Of a stretch of DNA of 64,000 bases, positions 39,357 through 47,841 are shown one piece after another; within the stretch, counting starts at the first letter, position 1, and each line of letters starts with the position of its first letter. The position numbers and the translations under genes were made by a program. Source of the DNA: Vicinamibacterales bacterium. Lineage in GTDB: Bacteria; Acidobacteriota; Vicinamibacteria; Vicinamibacterales; UBA8438. The notes beneath the pieces are model-generated. The model ran no database searches, was not told the DNA's origin, and saw nothing but the letters and a program-made list of their open reading frames with translations. The stretch is from contig OZ252042.1 in NCBI GenBank assembly GCA_965247955.1, positions 1,584,323-1,648,322 on the forward strand, written 5' to 3'.

Positions 39357-40673
39357 TCACTGAGGCCTCCGCGGTTTCGCCGTGCGCCTCTGGCTCGACC
39401 CGCCGCGTGAATACCCGCTAGGCGACGCAACTCCATGGTTACTGGTTGTGCCAGACGAACCAGAGCGTGTCGAGTTATTGCCTGCGCTGCTGCCACGCGA
39501 TTTCGCACGCCGACCCGTCGTCGTTCCGCCGTCGCCAGACACTGACGGTGGTACACGCACGACGCGTGTGTATCCATGGCTCCGAACGGCTTGGCCTGCC
39601 AGATCGCTTACGTCGAGCTGGACTGGCACCGCTATAAAAGGTGCCGCACCGATCAGATAAGGATTGTAACCGCGCAACCAGTACCTTGAGCCGAACGGCG
39701 TGACGTAGTACGGATAGAAGTCGCTATACCAAATCGGATCGTAGAAACGACGCAGTCCGCCGGCGCTCCACGAACTGTTCGACCAGCCGCCATTGCGATC
39801 TCTCCGTTCCACGCTGAACTGTTCTGGGTAGGCGAGGGCCACCATTAGATCGATCACAGCCGCGTCGACGCCAGCGTCGTCGAGCCCGATTAAGGACTTG
39901 CTGTTGAGTGCCAGTCGGGGCTCTGTTTCCATGAGCATCGCCTCAACGATTGGAGGCGCGGTTTTCTCGCTCACCTCTATCAAGTCCTCGACTGTCACTG
40001 TCTCGGTAACAGCAGCTCGAGCTGCCCTGATCTCGGCCGGGTCAACCGGGAGCAAGAAATCAGCACCCAGCAGTTCGTTGCGGCGCTCGGTGGAGACCGG
40101 GTTGTAACGGCGGATCTCAACGTACTGGCGAGATCCAACCTCGATGATCTGAATATCTGTCCAGATCGACGGTGAAGTTAGGATGCTCACTCCTTTGACC
40201 GTTCGCTTAGGCTGGTCGCTGCATGTCAGCTCTGCGTGCGTGAAGAGCCGATGGGTGTCGGTGGCCCACTCGTTCTGCTCCCAGCCCTCGCAGTTTGGCT
40301 CGTTGACGTCACGCCGTTGTCCGTCTGCGATCAGGGTCCGTTTAGTTAGGATTCGTTCGGCGGTAGCCGCCGTCAGTTCTACTCCAAGTCCGGTTGCAGA
40401 TGGGGTTACGCAGACGAGAGCGCGATCGACAAAGTCGTTAGTCTTGGCCTTAGCTTCAGTTTGTTCAGAAAACCCGTGACCGGGGTTCAATGGCGTCCCC
40501 CGTTGTTCTTCCCACAGCTGCCAGCATCCGAGCCAGGGAAACCAGCGGGCGTCGAGGGACTGAACCGACCTGCTACGAGGCGCCGCGTCTTGCGCCAGTG
40601 CTACGGGTAACAGGGTCGTGCCTGACAGAACTACCGCAACGGTGACAGTCACGATTGTCATCTTGATCCGCAT
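39357..40673 (-). CDS. secreted protein of unknown function with Ser/Gly/Arg-rich C-terminal tail
   Basis: It has a signal peptide ending VALAQD and a 70-aa low-complexity basic tail. It lies directly downstream of an OMP gene on the same strand. Confidence 0.6.
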   Translation of the reverse strand: MRIKMTIVTVTVAVVLSGTTLLPVALAQDAAPRSRSVQSLDARWFPWLGCWQLWEEQRGTPLNPGHGFSEQTEAKAKTNDFVDRALVCVTPSATGLGVELTAATAERILTKRTLIADGQRRDVNEPNCEGWEQNEWATDTHRLFTHAELTCSDQPKRTVKGVSILTSPSIWTDIQIIEVGSRQYVEIRRYNPVSTERRNELLGADFLLPVDPAEIRAARAAVTETVTVEDLIEVSEKTAPPIVEAMLMETEPRLALNSKSLIGLDDAGVDAAVIDLMVALAYPEQFSVERRDRNGGWSNSSWSAGGLRRFYDPIWYSDFYPYYVTPFGSRYWLRGYNPYLIGAAPFIAVPVQLDVSDLAGQAVRSHGYTRVVRVPPSVSGDGGTTTGRRAKSRGSSAGNNSTRSGSSGTTSNHGVASPSGYSRGGSSQRRTAKPRRPQ

Positions 40674-40706
40674 GCCGTATTCCTCCGCGTTCTCTTTGCG
40701 TTACAG

Positions 40707-41468
40707 CTAAAACGCGAATTGCACTCCTGTCGTGATCCGAAGCCCAGATAGGTCAATCTTATCGAATCCGACGAAATCTTGCGTGAGCTCGGCATCTGCC
40801 CAAACATATCTCGCCTCGGTGCTTAGATACAGCCGGTTCGTGAGTTTAATGTCCACGCCGCCAAAGACGTGCGTGCTCAGGGTCCAGCCGCTCGACTGCA
40901 ACTGGTCGCTAAAGATCAACAGGTCGAAAAAATCGACGAAGTCGCCTTCTTGTTCGAACTGGTACCTGAGAAAGCCACCACCACCACCCATATACGGGAC
41001 CACGGAGCTTGGGATCCATGTGAACTGTCCGATCTCACGACCGCGTGGAATGAGAGCGAGTTCAACGCTACCAGTCAGGTGTATCTGTGCGAGCCTGGTC
41101 TGCTGCTTGATCGGCAGATCGTTCGCATCAGTGAAGTCACGGTATTCCGAGCGAGCGAAGGCACGCGTGAAATCGAACCCGACCAATGCGTCGAGGCGCG
41201 ACCCCAGTGGCACGCTAAAATCAAGGCCGATCCCTGGCGCATTGAAGTCGGCCTTCTCGAGTGTCAGTAGGTCGTTTGTGAAGTCGAAGATCTCACTGTC
41301 GGCGTGGGCCAAAAGCCATTCACCTCGCACACCAATCGACCCACGTGGATGACCAAAGAGAAAGTCCGGTGTCTGGCTGGACGGCTGCGCCTCTCCAGCA
41401 ATCGGGACCCCTAGACAGATCAGCCCGGCCAGAACAATGACGCCACCCCAAGAAACACCAGTGCCCAT
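40707..41468 (-). CDS. outer-membrane beta-barrel protein
   Basis: It has a signal peptide, alternating beta-strand periodicity and the C-terminal TTGVQFAF. Confidence 0.7.
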   Translation of the reverse strand: MGTGVSWGGVIVLAGLICLGVPIAGEAQPSSQTPDFLFGHPRGSIGVRGEWLLAHADSEIFDFTNDLLTLEKADFNAPGIGLDFSVPLGSRLDALVGFDFTRAFARSEYRDFTDANDLPIKQQTRLAQIHLTGSVELALIPRGREIGQFTWIPSSVVPYMGGGGGFLRYQFEQEGDFVDFFDLLIFSDQLQSSGWTLSTHVFGGVDIKLTNRLYLSTEARYVWADAELTQDFVGFDKIDLSGLRITTGVQFAF

Positions 41469-41568
41469 AATTATGGAAAATATAGAGATACCAATACTAC
41501 CGACTCAGGATTTACTATGTGTGTTCATCAGATAAGTAACACCAGGTCGAGACGGTGTCCACTAGAAA

Positions 41569-41576
41569 GCAGTTTT
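41569..41576. repeat. target-site duplication, left copy (GCAGTTTT)
   Basis: It is identical to 44552-44559 and directly abuts the left terminal inverted repeat. Confidence 0.8.
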
Positions 41577-41593
41577 GGTAGTGTCTCAGTTTG
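41577..41593. repeat. left terminal inverted repeat GGTAGTGTCTCAGTTTG
   Basis: Its reverse complement is at 44535-44551 (16/17). The transposase stop codon (41586-41588) lies inside it. Confidence 0.85.
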
Positions 41594-42446
41594 CCTGAGC
41601 CACAGGCTGAGGCGGTTCGACCTCTTCCAGTAGTCGGACCACATCTTCCATGTCCAACACCCGATCCGTCAGGCCAGCGGCCTGAGCCGGCGTCGTCCGC
41701 AACGTCTTGTGGATCTTCGTGAAATTGTAGAACACCGTGTAGAGCGCCACCATGTGGACGTGGTTGATAAGTTTCTTGGAGAATCCATTCGTCAGGCGCG
41801 TGAACCGTCGCATGTGCATCCGCATTGTGAGGTTCTGGCGCTCCACGCAGGACGTGGAGATGTGCTTCGCGTCCGGGTCACCTGCGATTCTCTTCGAGAG
41901 GCACCTGATGCACTTGGCCGGGCTGTAGCGAGTTTCATTCTCGTCCGATGCGCCGTAGAGCTTCACAAGCTGTGCGAAGTCCACGTCAGAGCCGAACACG
42001 TCCTCGACCGCCTCGACGTAGAGCATCAGTCCGTCTGACGTGAGCTGGACGCGGTTCGCAAGACGCACCTTTAGGTCACTGACGAAGGTGAACGCCGAAC
42101 CAGCGTCACGCGGCCCAACGAGCCACGAGACGATCAGCTTCGAGTCCGCATCGAGGCCGGTCCACGTCCACGTATCGCCGGCTCCGACAGGTGCCTTCTT
42201 CGCGGTCGGAACGTTTTTGTCCTTCGCGTAGGTGAAGCTCCAAATCTCATCGAGTTGCACCCGCCGAGCCTTCACGCCGCGCACCTGATCATCGTGGAAG
42301 GCTGCACAGAGCCGCCCAGCGTCCACCAGGAGCTTCGAGACGGTGTTGATCGACACGTCGGCCAGCCGGGACACCGCCCGCATCGAGGTTCCCTCGCAGA
42401 GCAGCGAGAGGATCTGAGCGCGTTTGGCGACAGGCAACTTATTCAT
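41586..42446 (-). CDS. IS1-family transposase (single-ORF type)
   Basis: 286 aa with the N-terminal HTH KRAQILSLLCEGTSMRAVSRLADVSINTVSKLL, the DEIWSF motif and a DDE-type core. Confidence 0.75.
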   Translation of the reverse strand: MNKLPVAKRAQILSLLCEGTSMRAVSRLADVSINTVSKLLVDAGRLCAAFHDDQVRGVKARRVQLDEIWSFTYAKDKNVPTAKKAPVGAGDTWTWTGLDADSKLIVSWLVGPRDAGSAFTFVSDLKVRLANRVQLTSDGLMLYVEAVEDVFGSDVDFAQLVKLYGASDENETRYSPAKCIRCLSKRIAGDPDAKHISTSCVERQNLTMRMHMRRFTRLTNGFSKKLINHVHMVALYTVFYNFTKIHKTLRTTPAQAAGLTDRVLDMEDVVRLLEEVEPPQPVAQAN

Positions 42447-42558
42447 GCCCCATTATATGAACTTTATTGCTTAGCGTCAAGTATTAAAGTTCTGTATTGT
42501 CAGAAAGTTTCTTGCTTAACGGTCAGAAAGTATATTGCTATGCGGCGCGAGGTGGTCA

Positions 42559-43713
42559 ATGAACTTTAGAACGCCAGTGCTTACCGAGACTGAGCTTAAG
42601 GTGCATCTATCCATTGATGAACTTAGGGTAAAACTCAGCTATGCGGTTCCATCGCGCCGCTGGCTCGGTCTCTTGAGTCGCGTCCTGAGAGCAAGAGCCA
42701 TCCAGGGTTCCAACAGCATCGAGGGCTACAACGTGACGATGGAAGATGCGCTTGGCGCTGTGGACGGCGAAGAACCGTTGGATGCGTCCAGCGAAACCTG
42801 GATGGCCGTAACCGGCTACCGGGACGCAATGACCTACGTGCTGCAATTGGCCGATGATAAGCATTTCGGGTATTCCACCGATTTGCTCCGAAGTCTTCAC
42901 TACACCATGACGAAGCACGACCTCAGCAAACATCCAGGTCGGTGGCGACCCGGAACCATCTTCGTCCAGAACGAAGCGACGCAGCAGCGAGTCTACGAAG
43001 TCCCCGACATTGACATCGTGCCGGCGCTCATGGGTGAACTCGTGGCCGAATTAAATTCACAGGAATCGCCACTCGCTATGGTGACAGCAGCGATGGCGCA
43101 CCTAAACCTGGTCATGATTCATCCGTTCTCGGATGGAAATGGCCGAATGGCGCGCTGTTTACAGAGTCTCGTGCTGGCCCGTGACGGAACCCTGGCCCCG
43201 CAATTTTCAAGCATCGAAGAATATCTTGGCAGAAACACCCCCGCGTACTACGACGTGTTAGCGAGTGTCGGCCACGGCAACTGGAATCCAGAACGGGACG
43301 CGACCGACTGGATTCGATTCTGCCTCACAGCCCACTTCAGGCAGGCTGTTACTCTCTTGCGTCGTGTGAAAGAACTGGGTCGAATGTGGGATGCGTTGGA
43401 GGAAGTTGTTGCCCAGCGAAGGCTTCCCGAACGGGCTGTCTTTGCGCTAGCTGACGCGGCGCAAGGATTCCGTGTGACAAATTCGCGGTATCGCAGCGTT
43501 GTAGAAGTCTCACAGAACCTTGCCAGTCGCGATCTGTCCCATTTTGCTAAAGCCGGACTGCTTGAGCCGCACGGTGAACGACGTGGTCGATATTACATAG
43601 CATCTGCCTACACGACAGCGATCCGACAGAAGACGAGAGAACTGCGCACGCCGATTCCAGATCCGTTCACCGAGAACCAACTAGACTCACAGGTGGCGCT
43701 TTTTGCCGGGTGA
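42559..43713 (+). CDS. Fic-family protein (AMPylase-type) with N-terminal inhibitory motif and C-terminal winged-helix
   Basis: It has the catalytic HPFSDGNGRMAR and an S-x-x-x-E-G inhibitory motif in GSNSIEGYN. I placed the start at ATG 42559 after GGTGG. Confidence 0.9.
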   Translation: MNFRTPVLTETELKVHLSIDELRVKLSYAVPSRRWLGLLSRVLRARAIQGSNSIEGYNVTMEDALGAVDGEEPLDASSETWMAVTGYRDAMTYVLQLADDKHFGYSTDLLRSLHYTMTKHDLSKHPGRWRPGTIFVQNEATQQRVYEVPDIDIVPALMGELVAELNSQESPLAMVTAAMAHLNLVMIHPFSDGNGRMARCLQSLVLARDGTLAPQFSSIEEYLGRNTPAYYDVLASVGHGNWNPERDATDWIRFCLTAHFRQAVTLLRRVKELGRMWDALEEVVAQRRLPERAVFALADAAQGFRVTNSRYRSVVEVSQNLASRDLSHFAKAGLLEPHGERRGRYYIASAYTTAIRQKTRELRTPIPDPFTENQLDSQVALFAG

Positions 43714-43941
43714 TCGATGCCATCGCGTCTTGGCCGCCATCTTGGCGATCTGCTCACGCTTCGATGCAGACAGGGTTTTCGCTCGTGCGAGGCCACCCTT
43801 GCGGCCCAGTTCGACGGCGGCCTTGTTCTTCCCGTCCTCAGTCAGCAACTCTTCGATCTCGCCCGTGGCGATCTTCATCACCGTGACGGCATTCGAGATA
43901 ACATCGGCGGGGCGTTTTTGACCTTTCGGACCTTTTGGCAT
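43687..43941 (-). CDS. small basic protein (KGG..ARA..AAKTRW-type C-terminus), function unknown
   Basis: 84 aa with the MPKGPKGQKRPADVISNAV start. Its 3' end overlaps the fic 3' end by 27 nt. Confidence 0.5.
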   Translation of the reverse strand: MPKGPKGQKRPADVISNAVTVMKIATGEIEELLTEDGKNKAAVELGRKGGLARAKTLSASKREQIAKMAAKTRWHRSPGKKRHL

Positions 43942-43984
43942 ATGCTTTGCGCTAAGTATAACACGTTTGCATGGAGGTGTTTCA

Positions 43985-44155
43985 ATGGCAATAGACCCAG
44001 CGTTTCACTCTGCCTTGGTATCAGATCGGAACGTCTACCACGATAGCAGTCTCTGCACGGAAGGGAACAACATCGAAGCGAAGAACCGGCGGAGTGGCAC
44101 TGGTGGACGTCCGCGCTGCGAACGGTGTATTGACAGGGAAAAGCAGGCTAAGTAA
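43985..44155 (+). CDS. small Cys-containing protein (YH..C.EGNNI..GTGGRPRCERC), function unknown
   Basis: 56 aa from ATG 43985. The ORF track opens at 43967. Confidence 0.4.
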   Translation: MAIDPAFHSALVSDRNVYHDSSLCTEGNNIEAKNRRSGTGGRPRCERCIDREKQAK

Positions 44156-44513
44156 TACGTCCGTTAAACTCGACTTCACGCTGGAGCCGTTTCAGCGGCC
44201 GTTCCCAAAACGTCAATTCCCACTGAGGCCCGACTGGTTCGCCGTCTTGCACGCTCCACACCCGGCGAAGGTCTTTGACCGGAAGGCCGAAGGACTGCGC
44301 GATCCCAAGCGCCCGGAAGCCCTCGCACTGCTTGCCGTGGAAGCGGACAGCCGGTTCTCGATACGAATGCCCTGGGCCACCCTGACATGCTTCGTACGTC
44401 TCAATCCCGCTGTCTCGAAGTACCTTGACGGCATAGCTGATCCACCGATCGAGCGGACTCTCAGCATCTAACTCTCGGCAATATACAAGCCGTTTCTCAA
44501 GACTCAGAACCAC
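44148..44513 (-). CDS. hypothetical protein, 121 aa
   Basis: It has a GTG start. I recognised no family. It is the last passenger ORF before the right terminal repeat. Confidence 0.45.
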   Translation of the reverse strand: MVLSLEKRLVYCRELDAESPLDRWISYAVKVLRDSGIETYEACQGGPGHSYREPAVRFHGKQCEGFRALGIAQSFGLPVKDLRRVWSVQDGEPVGPQWELTFWERPLKRLQREVEFNGRIT

Positions 44514-44534
44514 GGCATGAGGCCCTTACCTGTC

Positions 44535-44551
44535 AAACTAAGACACTACCG
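44535..44551. repeat. right terminal inverted repeat CAAACTAAGACACTACC
   Basis: It is the reverse complement of 41577-41593 with one mismatch. Confidence 0.85.
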
Positions 44552-44559
44552 CAGTTTTT
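44552..44559. repeat. target-site duplication, right copy (GCAGTTTT)
   Basis: It is identical to 41569-41576. Confidence 0.8.
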
Positions 44560-44624
44560 CATCAGTGGAAGAAAAAAGGCTAAACTGACTTACTGCGAAT
44601 CGCTTAGCGCAGATCGTGAGCCGC

Positions 44625-44652
44625 CTGGCAGCGCGTCTGCCAGCATTTTCTT
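44625..44652 (+). terminator. orphan intrinsic terminator-like hairpin
   Basis: CTGGCAG-CGCGT-CTGCCAG is a perfect 7-bp stem followed by CATTTTCTT. No plus-strand CDS lies upstream outside the IS element. Confidence 0.4.
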
Positions 44653-44819
44653 CATTGTCCTGCTTGTTTGGGTGGTTAGATTTTTCCGCGCACGTACCTT
44701 CGGGGCTGGGGAATGCACGCATATCGCGCTATCATCATCGTCGTGTACGAGATGACGCACTGAAACGAAGAAGCTAGAAGCGAGAAGATAACAGCTCCCA
44801 ATCCCCAACCCCTGACGTT

Positions 44820-45515
44820 TTGTTGACCAGTACAGCCCATTTAGAGACCCTCGAGATTGAACCAAAGGCGCCAGCCACGGCAACCATCATCTGGATGCAC
44901 GGGTTGGGTGCTGATGCCCAAGACTGTTATTCCTTTCCACCGCAGCTCGGGTTATCTCCAGAGGTCCATATCCGGTATGTCTTTCCGAATGCACCGAAGA
45001 TTCCAGTGACGATCAACATGGGGCTCATCATGCGGGCCTGGTATGACGTGACCGGGGTTGAAGCTCGTGGAGAAGACGAGAAGGGGATTCGGAAGTCGGC
45101 TGCTCGGATCAATCAGCTCGTCACGCGGGAAGTAGGGCGCGGTGTTTCGACGGACCGGATCGTGCTGGCTGGTTTCTCACAGGGTGGGGCGATGGCTCTT
45201 TTCTCAGCCCTTCGCTACCCGGAGGCCCTCGCTGGTGTCCTGTGTCTTTCAGGGTACCTCTTGCTGCAGGAGACACTCGAGGCCGAGGTGACCACGTGTA
45301 ATTCTAAACTCCCGATCTTTCAGGCGCATGGCACACACGACGACATTGTTCCCTACACGCTCGGACGTGGGAGCCACGACCGGCTCCAAGAGATTGGATA
45401 CCCTGTTGACTGGCACGAATATCCGATGGCGCACCAGGTCTGCATGGAGGAGCTTCGCGACATCGGCGACTGGCTCACGAGCCTGTTTACCAGGAAACAG
45501 ACGAACAATGTGTAG
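44820..45515 (+). CDS. carboxylesterase / lysophospholipase-like alpha/beta hydrolase
   Basis: 231 aa with the GFSQGGAMAL nucleophile elbow. WMHGLGAD and HG.HD..V blocks match the phospholipase/carboxylesterase family. Confidence 0.85.
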   Translation: MLTSTAHLETLEIEPKAPATATIIWMHGLGADAQDCYSFPPQLGLSPEVHIRYVFPNAPKIPVTINMGLIMRAWYDVTGVEARGEDEKGIRKSAARINQLVTREVGRGVSTDRIVLAGFSQGGAMALFSALRYPEALAGVLCLSGYLLLQETLEAEVTTCNSKLPIFQAHGTHDDIVPYTLGRGSHDRLQEIGYPVDWHEYPMAHQVCMEELRDIGDWLTSLFTRKQTNNV

Positions 45516-45615
45516 CTTTAGACCAGCCATGGACACAACAAAGTCGGAACTATCCCCGCACTATCAAGCAGCGCTATTTCCGGCGAGTAGAATGGACGAT
45601 CTCACTAGCCTGAAG

Positions 45616-45635
45616 CCAGAGGCCTAAGACTTGGG
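45616..45635. repeat. copy e (partial) of short interspersed repeat
   Basis: CCAGAGGCCTAAGACTTGGG aligns with CCAGAGCCCAAGGCTTGG of copy b at 15 matched positions with one indel. Confidence 0.3.
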
Positions 45636-45660
45636 CCGCTGAGGGGGTGCGTCGTTGCGC

Positions 45661-47814
45661 ATGAGTCAGTCTGTTAGACTGCCTGCTTCCGGGTTACTCG
45701 CGAGGTATCCGCGAAAGCCTCCGATCACTAAACTCGCTCGACTTGTGACCTCACTCGTCGTAATCGGCGCACTTTGCGCGTGTGGCAGAGAGGAGCAGGG
45801 CATAATTGTGTTGCCACCGCCGCCTACTGAGGTCAAGCACGTCGTCGACACCCTGCACGGCGTCGAGGTTATCGATCCGTATCGCTGGCTCGAGGACCAA
45901 GAAACGCCGGAGACACGTGCCTGGATAGACGCACAGAACGACTACACTGATTCGCTGCTCGAACAGTTGCCCGGCCGGGTTCACCTGCGGAAAGTCACGA
46001 CGCGCGTGCTCGAACGAGATGTAATAGACCTACCAATCGAGCGTGGTGGGCACTACTTCTTTAGTAAACGACTTGCCGGGCAGGACCTCGCGGTTATCTA
46101 CGTTCGTGACGGGGTTGACGGAGAGGATCAAGTACTGATCGACCCTCATCCGATGAATGAGCACCACACGACAAGCGTAAGTCTCAGAGACATTTCAGAG
46201 GATGGCACTGTTATCGTCTACGCGGTTCGCGAGGGTGGCGTTGATGAAGTGTCGCTTCATCTAATAGACATCGCTACTCGAGAAAATCTTCCGGATGTGC
46301 TGCCAACCGCGCGCTATGGCCAGGTTTCGCTTACACCGGACAAACGGGGTTTCTATTATGAGCGGTATGGCGACGTCACGCCGCGCGTTATGTATCACGA
46401 AATTGGCTCGGAGCCATCAGAGGATCGGATGCTCTTCGGCGATGGCTACAAACGGCACCACATACCGGTCACGTTGCTCTCGGCAGACGGACGATGGCTG
46501 TTGGTCCATATTATCGAAGGATCCTCTGGCCCAACGGAGATTCACGTAAAGGATTTGGCGAACGACGGCCCGTTTGTTACGGCGATTGCGGACGGAATCT
46601 CAGAATCCTGGGCAGATTTCGCTGGCGATCAGCTCATCATCACGACGAATCTCGACGCGCCCAACCGACGAGTGATGCTGGCCAACCCTGCCGATCCGTC
46701 CGTCGAACACTGGCGAGAGGTTGTACCGGAACGCCGGGACGTCGTAATCCAGGAAGCGAACGGTCTCGGTGGCCTGATTGCTGTGCGCTACCTGCAGGAC
46801 GTACAGTCGCGCGTAGCCATTTATGATCTGTCAGGAAGCCACGTTCGTAACATTACTTTCGACACGATTGGTTCGGTCGGCGGCGGCTCGGGGAGGTGGG
46901 AGAGCCAGGAAGCATTCTTCACCTTTCAGACTTTTTATGTACCGAGCACCATTTATCGCTATGACCTCAAAACGGGAGACCTAACGGTCTGGGCCAGCGT
47001 GGACGTGCCGGTTGACCCCGAACGTTACGCGGTTAAACAGCTCTGGTACACCTCGAAAGATGGCACTCGTGTACCGATGTTCGTGGTGCACGCTAAGGAC
47101 ATGGTGCGGGACGGCACGAACCCGACACTACTTACCGGCTACGGAGGCTTCAACATCAGCCTAACGCCTGCGTTCTCGACACAGGGCACTGCGTGGTTGG
47201 AAGCTGGTGGTCTCTTTGCCGTGGCAAACATCCGAGGCGGTGGAGAGTTCGGCGATGAGTGGCACCAGGCGGGGATGCTCGAGCGTAAGCAGAACGTTTT
47301 TGACGACTTTATCGCAGCTGCCGAGCACTTGATTGCCGAAGGATACACAAGAACTGAACACCTCGCGATTCAGGGTGGAAGCAACGGCGGCCTTCTGGTA
47401 GGAGCAGTTTCGAATCAGCGGTTGGATCTGTTTGGAGCCGTTGTGTGCGGTTATCCGCTTCTCGACATGGTTCGGTATCAGCAATTTCTTGTGGCTGGTT
47501 TCTGGGTGCCGGAATATGGCTCGAGCGATGACCCAGACCAATTCGGCTACATTCATGCGTACTCGCCGTACCACAACGTGACCGACGGAGGAGAATATCC
47601 CGCGACCCTCTACATCTCCGGTGATGGCGATACCCGGGTTGCCCCTCTCCACGCTCGGAAGATGACGGCGTTGATGCAGGCGAAGAACGGATCGGAAAAT
47701 CCGATCCTACTTAGGTATCACACTCAGGCCGGACACTCCGGCGGCCAGCCGGTCAGCCAGCAGATTGACGAAATAGTCGATACCTTGAGCTTCTTGTTGT
47801 GGCAGGTGGGATAG
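45661..47814 (+). CDS. prolyl oligopeptidase (S9A), lipoprotein-type signal
   Basis: It has DPYRWLED, the GGSNGGLL nucleophile, and the beta-propeller plus catalytic domain length. The start could be 45655 or 45661. Confidence 0.9.
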   Translation: MSQSVRLPASGLLARYPRKPPITKLARLVTSLVVIGALCACGREEQGIIVLPPPPTEVKHVVDTLHGVEVIDPYRWLEDQETPETRAWIDAQNDYTDSLLEQLPGRVHLRKVTTRVLERDVIDLPIERGGHYFFSKRLAGQDLAVIYVRDGVDGEDQVLIDPHPMNEHHTTSVSLRDISEDGTVIVYAVREGGVDEVSLHLIDIATRENLPDVLPTARYGQVSLTPDKRGFYYERYGDVTPRVMYHEIGSEPSEDRMLFGDGYKRHHIPVTLLSADGRWLLVHIIEGSSGPTEIHVKDLANDGPFVTAIADGISESWADFAGDQLIITTNLDAPNRRVMLANPADPSVEHWREVVPERRDVVIQEANGLGGLIAVRYLQDVQSRVAIYDLSGSHVRNITFDTIGSVGGGSGRWESQEAFFTFQTFYVPSTIYRYDLKTGDLTVWASVDVPVDPERYAVKQLWYTSKDGTRVPMFVVHAKDMVRDGTNPTLLTGYGGFNISLTPAFSTQGTAWLEAGGLFAVANIRGGGEFGDEWHQAGMLERKQNVFDDFIAAAEHLIAEGYTRTEHLAIQGGSNGGLLVGAVSNQRLDLFGAVVCGYPLLDMVRYQQFLVAGFWVPEYGSSDDPDQFGYIHAYSPYHNVTDGGEYPATLYISGDGDTRVAPLHARKMTALMQAKNGSENPILLRYHTQAGHSGGQPVSQQIDEIVDTLSFLLWQVG

Positions 47815-47841
47815 AGCAGGTAAAGCTATGAGCTTAGTGTC

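Larger units (their letters stand above)
41577..44551 (-). mobile_element. IS1-family element with passenger genes (cargo-carrying IS), 2,975 bp
   Basis: It has 17-bp terminal inverted repeats (16/17 match), an 8-bp direct duplication outside both ends, a single transposase at the left end, lower GC than the flanks, and four passenger ORFs. Confidence 0.8.

Noticed and set aside
42447-42558. A second inner copy of the IS terminal repeat next to the transposase start. This would make the cargo a separate insertion or the structure a composite.
   Set aside because: No sequence resembling CAAACTAAGACACTACC is present. I found only the unrelated 10-bp direct repeat GTCAGAAAGT.
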